From positions 1-53,252 of IMG/VR virus record IMGVR_UViG_3300020470_000013: 53,252 nucleotides of DNA, one strand, 5' to 3'. The translations under genes and the position numbers were made by a program. The notes under the pieces are model-generated. The model had not been told where the DNA came from and ran no database searches. It worked only from the letters and a program-made list of their open reading frames with translations. Shown here piece after piece: positions 18,392-25,874 of this stretch (its first letter is position 1; each line of letters begins with the position of its first letter). Source of the DNA: a virus. Lineage: Duplodnaviria; Caudoviricetes.

Positions 18392-18509
18392 AGACGATTT
18401 CACAATCAATTTAATTGTACTATTAACAGGACTGAACGTAACCTTAATGATCCTGGGTTACTATACTGTCCGAATCATGGACTTGTATTTAGGTTATCAA
18501 ATGTTATAA
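18381..18509 (+). CDS. 42-aa membrane protein
   Basis: GGAGG SD; MKYEDDFTINLIVLLTGLNVTLMILGYYTVRIMDLYLGYQML*. Confidence 0.55.
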   Translation: MKYEDDFTINLIVLLTGLNVTLMILGYYTVRIMDLYLGYQML

Positions 18510-18511
18510 TA

Positions 18512-18564
18512 TTAAAAGCTTTTTAAAACCCTTCGTTTTTTGAAGGGTTTTAAAAAGCTTTTAA
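18512..18564. repeat. Conserved-apex hairpin 3 (23-bp perfect stem)
   Basis: TTAAAAGCTTTTTAAAACCCTTC-GTTTTTT-GAAGGGTTTTAAAAAGCTTTTAA. Confidence 0.95.
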
Positions 18565-18582
18565 ATTACTGGAGGCGATGCC

Positions 18583-18804
18583 ATGTCAGATGTATATGTG
18601 AAAGCACAATGCAATAATTGTAAGCACGTTCATGGTCTTGATGTGAACTTGGAGAAGCTACGTTCATATATTTATGATCGTCTTCCAATTCAAGATGTGT
18701 TCCCTAACTTGACTCCATCCCAAAGAGAACTGATAATGGGCAATGTTAACGGCATGTATCTGTGTGATGTGTGTTGGGACTTTAACTTTGATGATGAGGA
18801 TTAG
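18583..18804 (+). CDS. Small zinc-finger protein
   Basis: CNNC ... IQDVFPNLTPSQRELIM ... CDVCW; GGAGG SD. Confidence 0.7.
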   Translation: MSDVYVKAQCNNCKHVHGLDVNLEKLRSYIYDRLPIQDVFPNLTPSQRELIMGNVNGMYLCDVCWDFNFDDED

Positions 18805-18807
18805 TCT

Positions 18808-19722
18808 ATGAATGTATTAAGTTTATTTGATGGTATGTCATGTGCTCAGTTAGCTTTGCAAAAAGCAGATATACCTGTTACCAAGTACTTTGCAAGCGAA
18901 GTAGACAAATATGCAATCAAAGTAACCCAGGTTAATTTTCCTCACACCATTCAGTTAGGTGATGTCCAACAGGTTACTGCGGATCAGGTTGGTGATATTG
19001 ATCTGTTGGTTGGCGGTTCACCATGCCAAGGATTTAGTTTTGCTGGTAAGCAATTAAACTTTGATGATCCCCGAAGCAAACTATTCTTTGAATATGTGAG
19101 ACTGCTCAAAGAATTGAAACCCAAGTATTACATACTTGAGAATGTTCGTATGGCAAAACAATCTCAAGATGTCATCAGCGAACAGTTAGGTGTTGAACCT
19201 ATCGTTATTAATAGTAATTTAGTCAGCGCACAGAATCGACATAGACTTTACTGGACTAATATATCATTTGATATGCCAAAAGATAAAGGTATTGTTCTTA
19301 CTGATATCATTGAAGATGGTATGGTTGACCGTAACAAATCACATTGTCTTGATGCTAATTACTTCAAAGGTGGTAATCTTAAATCTTATTTTGAGAAGCA
19401 CCGAAGACAATTAGTATTTAAAAGTGGTCGTATTGTTAATCGTAGATTAGATGAAAAAGGTGTACGAAAAGATTATGATCTTAGTATACCAAACCAATCA
19501 CGATTAGAAGTTAGAACGGATGACAAAACTAATTGTCTTACGACAGTTGACAAAGATAGTGTTGTTGTAACCTATCGCAAATTAACGCCAGTAGAATGTG
19601 AAAGATTACAAACTGTTCCAGATAATTACACTAATCATGTAAGTAATTCTCAACGCTACAAAATGTTAGGCAATGGCATGACTGTAGATGTTATGGCAGC
19701 AATCTTGGGAGGGATAAAATAA
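18808..19722 (+). CDS. DNA (cytosine-5)-methyltransferase
   Basis: LSLFDG (motif I), GGSPCQGFS (catalytic PC), ENV, QNRHRLYW, RKLTPVECERLQ, LGNG. Confidence 0.95.
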   Translation: MNVLSLFDGMSCAQLALQKADIPVTKYFASEVDKYAIKVTQVNFPHTIQLGDVQQVTADQVGDIDLLVGGSPCQGFSFAGKQLNFDDPRSKLFFEYVRLLKELKPKYYILENVRMAKQSQDVISEQLGVEPIVINSNLVSAQNRHRLYWTNISFDMPKDKGIVLTDIIEDGMVDRNKSHCLDANYFKGGNLKSYFEKHRRQLVFKSGRIVNRRLDEKGVRKDYDLSIPNQSRLEVRTDDKTNCLTTVDKDSVVVTYRKLTPVECERLQTVPDNYTNHVSNSQRYKMLGNGMTVDVMAAILGGIK

Positions 19723-19946
19723 TGGCATTTAATTATTTGTTTGGTTACGTACCGAATGATGAGGAAGGTGAAGAGTTTATTAAAAACTTGAAAAAGTTTT
19801 TAAATAAAGACGGCTACAAAATGGTATTGAAAGGTCAACACCTTGACCAATCTAAGCTACCACCAGGTAAAAACTGGAGGCATTTTACCAGAGGTCAGCC
19901 ACGAAAGTACAGTAAGTATACTCGCATTTATTTCACTAGGAGATAG
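19722..19946 (+). CDS. Hypothetical protein
   Basis: 74-aa ORF translationally coupled to the MTase. Confidence 0.6.
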   Translation: MAFNYLFGYVPNDEEGEEFIKNLKKFLNKDGYKMVLKGQHLDQSKLPPGKNWRHFTRGQPRKYSKYTRIYFTRR

Positions 19947-19948
19947 CT

Positions 19949-20587
19949 ATGTCGTATGATATTTATTCTGTTGAAGGTACTCAAAAGTTTTCAAAAGAAT
20001 CTAGCGACCATTTATTTTTAGTTTTGTTAATGGTCTTGTTATCCATTCGGCAGCGGTGGAGTTTAATTGGTCATCAATTAAATGATGTAGTTGAGCATGG
20101 AGCTAAGTCCAAATATTTATTCGGTTGGAAAGTTAACGGATATAAATATTTAAATAAAAATAAAGATTACTTATACGATTCTTATTTATCTATAATAGAA
20201 TCTGATTTAAGTGAGGACTTCAAAGCTTTGAAATTGATGCAGTTATTCATGCAGATTCCAGGTTTTAATACGGTCAAAGCAGGGTTTGTTTGTCAGTTAA
20301 CAGCTGGATTAGTCGGATGTATTGATGTCCATAATGAAAGATATTATGGTATTAATACCAAAGATTTTACCATCAAGAAGGGAATAAAATCTGACATCCG
20401 TAAAACCGAAACAACAATTAAGTACATTTCATTTTGCAAGGAAAAAGGAACGGCAGCATTATGGAATACCTGGTGCAATTTGTTAGCTACCAAAGATCAT
20501 AAATGGTTGAATGGCTTTGAAGTTTCTAAAGCACACTACAATTATTTACGTAATTCTTTGGTATTATTTCACAGAAATATTTGCTAA
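19949..20587 (+). CDS. HhH-GPD DNA glycosylase-fold protein (putative)
   Basis: LFMQIPGFNTVKAGF helix-hairpin-helix with Lys, followed by CIDVH (catalytic Asp-like). Confidence 0.55.
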   Translation: MSYDIYSVEGTQKFSKESSDHLFLVLLMVLLSIRQRWSLIGHQLNDVVEHGAKSKYLFGWKVNGYKYLNKNKDYLYDSYLSIIESDLSEDFKALKLMQLFMQIPGFNTVKAGFVCQLTAGLVGCIDVHNERYYGINTKDFTIKKGIKSDIRKTETTIKYISFCKEKGTAALWNTWCNLLATKDHKWLNGFEVSKAHYNYLRNSLVLFHRNIC

Positions 20588-20656
20588 TGAACTGTATAAT
20601 ATCTTTAAAGATTTATAAGGAACATATAAATAATATTTATAATATTGTTTATATAT

Positions 20657-20709
20657 CCTTTAAGGTTTATAAAACCTTTGGTTTATGAAGGTTTTATAAA
20701 CCTTAAAGG
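20657..20709. repeat. Conserved-apex hairpin 4 (22-bp perfect stem plus a T.G pair)
   Basis: CCTTTAAGGTTTATAAAACCTT-TGGTTTATG-AAGGTTTTATAAACCTTAAAGG. Confidence 0.95.
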
Positions 20710-20753
20710 TTTAACGGTGCGGTATCAATCAATCATAACTGGAGAAAATTATT

Positions 20754-20996
20754 ATGGAATATATAATTACAACAGCAGATCGTGATTATGGCAAGAATGG
20801 TGGTCTTTATCCTAAAGATGATCCTGTTGCAGTTAAAAAGAGAGATGATGCCAGGGTTTATTACAATGGTATTGAAGTTTCAAAACTCAATCCATGTTTT
20901 AAATTTTTAAAACCTGGTAGACATAAGGGTCGTTTTGCTGGATTTATGAGCATGGCAGTTAATACTATTGGTTCTTTCACTAAAGGTAGAGGATAA
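20754..20996 (+). CDS. Hypothetical early protein
   Basis: 80-aa ORF with GGAG SD downstream of hairpin 4. Confidence 0.65.
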   Translation: MEYIITTADRDYGKNGGLYPKDDPVAVKKRDDARVYYNGIEVSKLNPCFKFLKPGRHKGRFAGFMSMAVNTIGSFTKGRG

Positions 20997-21001
20997 TTAA
21001 T

Positions 21002-21928
21002 ATGAATAGTATTGTAAATTTTGACAGTGCCCCCGGAACTGGGGGCTTCGGAGCCGCTGATTTTGATACAGTTTCTATACCTACCATGATAGATTTTAAT
21101 GGTAGATCTATAGCAACTGGAAAATATGCCATTGTTAGGACTGATACTAGTGAAGTGTTAGGTCATCATGGATCTCGCCATCAAAAAGTATGTCAGAAAG
21201 AAGCAATTACTACTACTGAGAAAATGTTTTTTGAGAGTGATCTAAAAACTAATACTATGACTAGAGAAATTAGCTGTTCGCATAACGGTTCTAATACTTT
21301 TGCTAGGTATACTTTTCCAGATCATCAGTTTAGATCACCCGATGGTGACGTTAGTACATTAACAGCGTTGCTAACTACTAGTTTTAATTCTACATTTCCT
21401 TTTATGATTGCTTTCGGTGAAAACCTTAGAGCATGTAATAATAATAATATCTGGTTAACTGGTGTGATAACCATGTTTAAAGCCAGGCATACCAAAGGTT
21501 TGAATATATCCGATGGTGCTAAAGCAGTTGGTAATGTTTATGCAGAAGCACAGAAAAATCATGAGTTGTTTTGGGATATGTATTATACTCCTGTTAATTC
21601 GGATGTAGCTTTCGATACGTATGCAGCAGCATCAGGTGTTACCAATCAAGTCAATGAAGTAAAAAGAGAAATTGGTTCTACCGATTGGAGAAGTATAATA
21701 AATAAACTTCCCCGGCAGAATCAAAATCTAAATTATATGGTTCAAAAATCTAAAGATTATGAGAATCGTATGGGTAAGAATCAATGGGCTGTATACAATA
21801 CTCTTACTGATTGGAGTACTCATGCTAATGCAACAACTGAAAAGTCAAAGCAAAACATTGCAGCAATAAAAGTACAACGTGCAGCTAAAGTTCGTGATGC
21901 TGTTAACAACGTGCTATTAGCCGCATGA
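21002..21928 (+). CDS. DUF932-family phage/plasmid protein
   Basis: AIVRTDTSEVLG...Q N-terminal pattern, RACNN, RHT, C-terminal WAVYNTLTDWSTH. Confidence 0.75.
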   Translation: MNSIVNFDSAPGTGGFGAADFDTVSIPTMIDFNGRSIATGKYAIVRTDTSEVLGHHGSRHQKVCQKEAITTTEKMFFESDLKTNTMTREISCSHNGSNTFARYTFPDHQFRSPDGDVSTLTALLTTSFNSTFPFMIAFGENLRACNNNNIWLTGVITMFKARHTKGLNISDGAKAVGNVYAEAQKNHELFWDMYYTPVNSDVAFDTYAAASGVTNQVNEVKREIGSTDWRSIINKLPRQNQNLNYMVQKSKDYENRMGKNQWAVYNTLTDWSTHANATTEKSKQNIAAIKVQRAAKVRDAVNNVLLAA

Positions 21929-22017
21929 TCAACTTAAAAACTGTGATAGCCCTGCTTCTTATTGAAGTAGGGTTACACATCCTGGAAATTATTATTGATG
22001 TTAGTCAGATAATTTAG
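21925..22017 (+). CDS. 30-aa hydrophobic peptide
   Basis: ATGA overlap with DUF932 stop; MINLKTVIALLLIEVGLHILEIIIDVSQII*. Confidence 0.45.
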   Translation: MINLKTVIALLLIEVGLHILEIIIDVSQII

Positions 22018-22027
22018 GAGATAAATA

Positions 22028-22240
22028 ATGGACACTCCAATCGCAACTTTAAAAGAAGCAGTTAAAGAATTAGAGGAAGAAATAAATTCTTTATTAGCTA
22101 TATGGGAAAAGAGAGATCGCTCCAATAAAGATTGTTGGCGCAGAAAATATCTCCCTAAAGTTAAACATTTAGAATCTATACGAATTGCTATTTTAAATAG
22201 AATAAATAATGTTGAAGCTTGGATTAGAGGAGATAAGTAA
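22028..22240 (+). CDS. Hypothetical coiled-coil protein
   Basis: 70 aa, AGGAG SD. Confidence 0.65.
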   Translation: MDTPIATLKEAVKELEEEINSLLAIWEKRDRSNKDCWRRKYLPKVKHLESIRIAILNRINNVEAWIRGDK

Positions 22241-22539
22241 TGACTAGAAAAAAAGTAACAGAAACTGATAGCTTTAAGTACAGAGTTAACTTAGGGCATG
22301 AAGGTCTTACTCTTTTAAAGAAAGAGTACCAACTTTTAGATTGGGTTAATACACTTCTTGGTGTAGAGCGTGGTTGTTGGTGGGATAAAGATTACGATGC
22401 ATTAGATTCTCTTCTTAATTTTTTAAGAAAAGAATATAATATGGTTCCATCAACCTGTTCTGATGGTAGTATCAATCGCTATACTTTAACTTTTCCGGGA
22501 GATCCAGATGAATATTGTGACGCAGAAGACGATGAATGA
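22240..22539 (+). CDS. Hypothetical protein
   Basis: 99 aa, GAGGAG SD, coupled start. Confidence 0.65.
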   Translation: MTRKKVTETDSFKYRVNLGHEGLTLLKKEYQLLDWVNTLLGVERGCWWDKDYDALDSLLNFLRKEYNMVPSTCSDGSINRYTLTFPGDPDEYCDAEDDE

Positions 22540-22684
22540 AGTTATAGAAGATATGGTAGCATACAATATTGACTATCAACCTGATCCAGATTATACTGGA
22601 CTACATGCTGATCTTAGTCGTTTAGGTTTAGATTCTTTTGAAGTTGAATCTATTATGCGGAGAGTTGCTGATGCTGAGATTTAG
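22532..22684 (+). CDS. 50-aa acidic protein (LGLDS motif)
   Basis: MNEVIEDMVAYNIDYQPDPDYTGLHADLSRLGLDSFEVESIMRRVADAEI*; fills the gap between neighbours with overlapping start/stop. Confidence 0.55.
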   Translation: MNEVIEDMVAYNIDYQPDPDYTGLHADLSRLGLDSFEVESIMRRVADAEI

Positions 22685-22847
22685 TTTTGTTTTATTTCTA
22701 GTGGGGTGCAGCAATGCCCCATTAGAAATTCAAACAGATATTCAAGGTACTTTGTGGTGTGAAACCAGAGGTGGTATCAGGGAATGTCATTATATAAATG
22801 ATAACCAGGTACAAGAATCTATTGAACAAATAATAAGAGGATATTAG
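22671..22847 (+). CDS. Small lipoprotein
   Basis: Start probably 22671, MLRFSFVLFLVG/C lipobox; GGAG SD. Confidence 0.55.
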   Translation: MLRFSFVLFLVGCSNAPLEIQTDIQGTLWCETRGGIRECHYINDNQVQESIEQIIRGY

Positions 22848-22848
22848 T

Positions 22849-23031
22849 ATGAAACATACAGCTAAAAGTATGGTTATGAAACCAGAGTTTCGATCAAGAG
22901 TTGTTAAAGATAAAACCAAGTATGATCGAAAGAAGTCTTTTAATGATGCTGATATACCTTTAACTGGAGACGATGAGCCAGTTGATCGTGACCTTATATC
23001 AGATAAATATCAGAACGGATATTGGGAGTAG
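22849..23031 (+). CDS. Small basic protein, ArfA-like N-terminus
   Basis: PEFRSRVVKDKTKYDRKK resembles the ArfA P-x-F-R-x-R-V...Y-x-R-K pattern. Confidence 0.5.
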   Translation: MKHTAKSMVMKPEFRSRVVKDKTKYDRKKSFNDADIPLTGDDEPVDRDLISDKYQNGYWE

Positions 23032-23034
23032 CCT

Positions 23035-23130
23035 ATGAAATTCCATAATAAACTTGCATTGGGAATTATAATTGTAGCTGGTTGCGTATGGTATATTTCT
23101 TTACTAGATTATAGTAGTAAAGTTTTATGA
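23035..23130 (+). CDS. 31-aa membrane peptide
   Basis: GGGAG SD; MKFHNKLALGIIIVAGCVWYISLLDYSSKVL*. Confidence 0.5.
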   Translation: MKFHNKLALGIIIVAGCVWYISLLDYSSKVL

Positions 23131-23537
23131 GTATTGATAATGCTAAACCAGAAGAATGGGATAATTTAAAAGCTAAAGGGCCAGATAAACCAGAGGAATG
23201 TTTAATGAATAAACCAGTTACGAAAGCAGAAGATATAACAAACAGTACATTTAAAACTATAACAGGTAGTTTATATCATCCAGCTGATAGTATGATGGAC
23301 AAACTAATGTTCCCGGAAGAAGATCCTGTTAATCATCCCCCTCATTATAACAAAGGTGGGCTAGAAGCTATTGATTACATTGAACAACAACTTGAAGATG
23401 GATTTGCAGATTACCTTGAGGGAAACGTACTAAAGTATATGCATCGTTGGAGGTATAAAAATGGTATTGAAGATCTTAAAAAAGCTAAATGGTATTTGGA
23501 TAAACTTGTGGAAACAAACTCATTTAATTACGGTTAG
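23127..23537 (+). CDS. DUF3310 (T7 gp1.7-like nucleotide kinase family) protein
   Basis: DPVNHPPHY..GGLEAID...GNVLKY..R...KNGIEDLKKAKWYL. Confidence 0.85.
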   Translation: MSIDNAKPEEWDNLKAKGPDKPEECLMNKPVTKAEDITNSTFKTITGSLYHPADSMMDKLMFPEEDPVNHPPHYNKGGLEAIDYIEQQLEDGFADYLEGNVLKYMHRWRYKNGIEDLKKAKWYLDKLVETNSFNYG

Positions 23538-23976
23538 TTTTTTATTATTTTGTCCGACTATATTATTGGCACAAGATACTGAAGAATATTGTTTAGCTGA
23601 AACAGTTTATTTTGAAGCACGAAACCAGGAATTATTAGGACAAATTGCTGTCGGTCTAGTAGCAATGAATCGTGTTAAAAGTAATTCGTTTCCTGATACT
23701 TTATGTGATGTAACAAGACAAGCAAAACGTGACAGTTCTGGCCGCATTATAAAATATAAATGCCAGTTCAGTTATTATTGTGATGGACTATTAGAACATG
23801 TGAATGAAGAAGAAGCCTGGACAACAGCTAAAATAGTTTCTAAAGTAGTGATAGAACAAAGCCATAAAGATATTACAGGCGGTGCTTTATATTATCATTC
23901 CACAAAAGTAAGTCCTTATTGGATGTCAGCTTTTCAAGAAACCGTACAAATTGGAGATCATATATTTTATAAATGA
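23461..23976 (+). CDS. SleB-like cell-wall hydrolase (lytic transglycosylase, Hydrolase_2); true start may be downstream
   Basis: CLAETVYFEARN catalytic motif, NRV..FP.T.C.V, CQFSYYCDG, GALYYH, IGDHIFY; N-terminal hydrophobic signal. Confidence 0.85.
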   Translation: MVLKILKKLNGIWINLWKQTHLITVSFLLFCPTILLAQDTEEYCLAETVYFEARNQELLGQIAVGLVAMNRVKSNSFPDTLCDVTRQAKRDSSGRIIKYKCQFSYYCDGLLEHVNEEEAWTTAKIVSKVVIEQSHKDITGGALYYHSTKVSPYWMSAFQETVQIGDHIFYK

Positions 23977-24416
23977 AAAAATTATTAAACAAACTTATAA
24001 ATGAAAAGCCAATACTTCAATCACCTTTACATGGGTTGAATCATTATCATAATGTATATGAAGCTGGCTTAGATATTGGCGCACATTATAAAGCGGATCT
24101 CAAAGTTATTAAATATTTTGCTTACTTACATGATTGTTGTAGGCTTAATGAAGATACAGATCCTCAACATGGTAAACGTGCGGCTCAATGGATAAGACAT
24201 AACCTGGAATTTATAAAATTAAATTCTTCTCAAATTGAATTGCTTTTAAGAGCATGTGAAATGCATACATATGCTAAACCATACTATGAAGACACATATG
24301 ATATTACAATTCAATGTTGTTTCGATGCAGATCGTAGTGATATAGGTAGAGTAGGTATGAATGTAGATCCAAAGTATTTATTTACAGATTATGCAAAGGA
24401 AAATTATGTCTATTAA
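23973..24416 (+). CDS. HD-domain phosphohydrolase
   Basis: HGLNH..NV, YLHDCCR, HG.RAA, DADR.D..R motifs. Confidence 0.85.
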   Translation: MKKLLNKLINEKPILQSPLHGLNHYHNVYEAGLDIGAHYKADLKVIKYFAYLHDCCRLNEDTDPQHGKRAAQWIRHNLEFIKLNSSQIELLLRACEMHTYAKPYYEDTYDITIQCCFDADRSDIGRVGMNVDPKYLFTDYAKENYVY

Positions 24417-24738
24417 AATAATAAAATCTCCCAAAGGAAAAAGTTATACAACAGAGGAGATTAAAAATAGTAATCGTATCACTAAAAGTGCAACACCAAA
24501 AGGTACATTAGATTGGTATTTAAAATGGATAGGTAGTGTAATATTTATTCTAGCTGTAACAGTACGAAGTACTGAGATACCAGAATTAAGAATAGTAGAT
24601 TTAATTTTAAGTTTTATAGCTACTATACTATGGGCAGTTGTAGGTTTTCTCTGGAAAGATCGTGCTGTTATGTTGATTAATGGTGTAGCATGTGTTATAC
24701 TATTGACAGGTATTTTAAAATATTTATTTATAGAATAA
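24391..24738 (+). CDS. Small membrane protein (3 TM)
   Basis: DWYLKWIGS... WKDRAVMLIN; three hydrophobic segments. Confidence 0.7.
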   Translation: MQRKIMSIKIIKSPKGKSYTTEEIKNSNRITKSATPKGTLDWYLKWIGSVIFILAVTVRSTEIPELRIVDLILSFIATILWAVVGFLWKDRAVMLINGVACVILLTGILKYLFIE

Positions 24739-24749
24739 GGATATAATTT

Positions 24750-25001
24750 ATGTCAATTATTTATGGTGATTTTGGCAATAAGAAAAATACTTTAAAAGAA
24801 AAAGTAAATACAGCTTTAAAACAAGTACCAGGTTCGGATGTTGAAGATAGTAAGCAAACTTTTCTTTTGATTGTAGATACAGGATCAGAATTTAAAATAT
24901 TATCTGATGTAGAACTACCTGAGTTTAATGTTATGTTAGACATATGTAAATTTACAGTCTTGCAAGGTGCATATAATTTTTTAGGTGAGTATAAAGAATG
25001 A
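24750..25001 (+). CDS. Hypothetical protein
   Basis: 83 aa, AAGGA SD, co-oriented. Confidence 0.6.
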   Translation: MSIIYGDFGNKKNTLKEKVNTALKQVPGSDVEDSKQTFLLIVDTGSEFKILSDVELPEFNVMLDICKFTVLQGAYNFLGEYKE

Positions 25002-25225
25002 ACATGTTACATCCAGAATTTTCTAGTAATGAAGAAATGGTAGAAGATTATGTTTGCCAGGCATTTGTTATGGGAATGGGAACAACAACACCAAACAAAA
25101 ATGTGTTGACAAATTTCATTAGTTGGGTTATTATCCAACATAAGAAAGACGGTGAACAAATCACCGAACAATACGTTAGGGACATGATCCCACAATATAT
25201 TAACTTTTTATTTGCGAAAGCATAG
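24998..25225 (+). CDS. Hypothetical protein
   Basis: 75 aa, coupled to the previous gene. Confidence 0.6.
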   Translation: MNMLHPEFSSNEEMVEDYVCQAFVMGMGTTTPNKNVLTNFISWVIIQHKKDGEQITEQYVRDMIPQYINFLFAKA

Positions 25226-25236
25226 GAGAAATAATT

Positions 25237-25662
25237 ATGGCAGTAGTTGAAGGATTTGCTTATTGGCCTTTTGTAACAACACCTAACACTAAGTATACAC
25301 CAGAGTATAGTGTTAACTTAGTGGTAACACCAGAGGTTGCAGATAGTTTTAGGAATCGTGGCTTCTCTATTAAAGAGATGGATGAAGGCCCAGCTTTAAT
25401 GATAAAGCGTAAGGTAAATGGCCCTGAAGGTATGATAAGACAAGCACCTAAACTGTTAGACCGTTCTAAAAATCCTATTGATGTATCTGTAGGTAACGGA
25501 TCTAAAGTTAAAGTTCAATATAAAGAATGGGAAAGCACATGGAATGGTCAGCTATATAAAGGGCTTGATTTCCAGGCGATGCAAGTTATTGATTTAGTTG
25601 AGTACGGTTCGCCTGATGGTGCTGAGTTCGATATTGAAGATGATGATGGAGATGAATTGTAA
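25237..25662 (+). CDS. Single-stranded DNA-binding protein (T7 gp2.5-like OB fold)
   Basis: VGNGSKVKV, AMQVIDLVEY, acidic C-terminal tail; upstream of primase. Confidence 0.8.
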   Translation: MAVVEGFAYWPFVTTPNTKYTPEYSVNLVVTPEVADSFRNRGFSIKEMDEGPALMIKRKVNGPEGMIRQAPKLLDRSKNPIDVSVGNGSKVKVQYKEWESTWNGQLYKGLDFQAMQVIDLVEYGSPDGAEFDIEDDDGDEL

Positions 25663-25874
25663 TGAGTATGACTTATACTTATGAAGATTCTAAGTATGAT
25701 GTTAATAAGTTAAGTGTAGAGGGACAGCAGGTATTTAAAATACTTGCTGTTGCTCAACGAAAAGCAGATGAACTTAACATTGATACTACTCTAGCACAAG
25801 CAGCAGTAGTCGCAATGCATACAAAGATGCAAGAATATTTAAGTGATAAGGCTCTAATAAAAGAGGATGAGTAA
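25662..25874 (+). CDS. Hypothetical protein
   Basis: 70 aa, coupled between SSB and primase. Confidence 0.65.
   Translation: MSMTYTYEDSKYDVNKLSVEGQQVFKILAVAQRKADELNIDTTLAQAAVVAMHTKMQEYLSDKALIKEDE

Noticed and set aside
17041-20709. CRISPR array or mini-array (palindromic repeats plus a Cas4-like gene)
   Set aside because: Repeats are not identical, are irregularly spaced and are separated by genes; the Cas4-like nuclease is a usual solo phage replication exonuclease
21029-21055. GC-rich hairpins (GCCCCCGG..CTGGGGGC; GGCT-TCGG-AGCC) early in the DUF932 gene
   Set aside because: Inside coding sequence, short, no U-tract; could be chance from Pro/Gly codons
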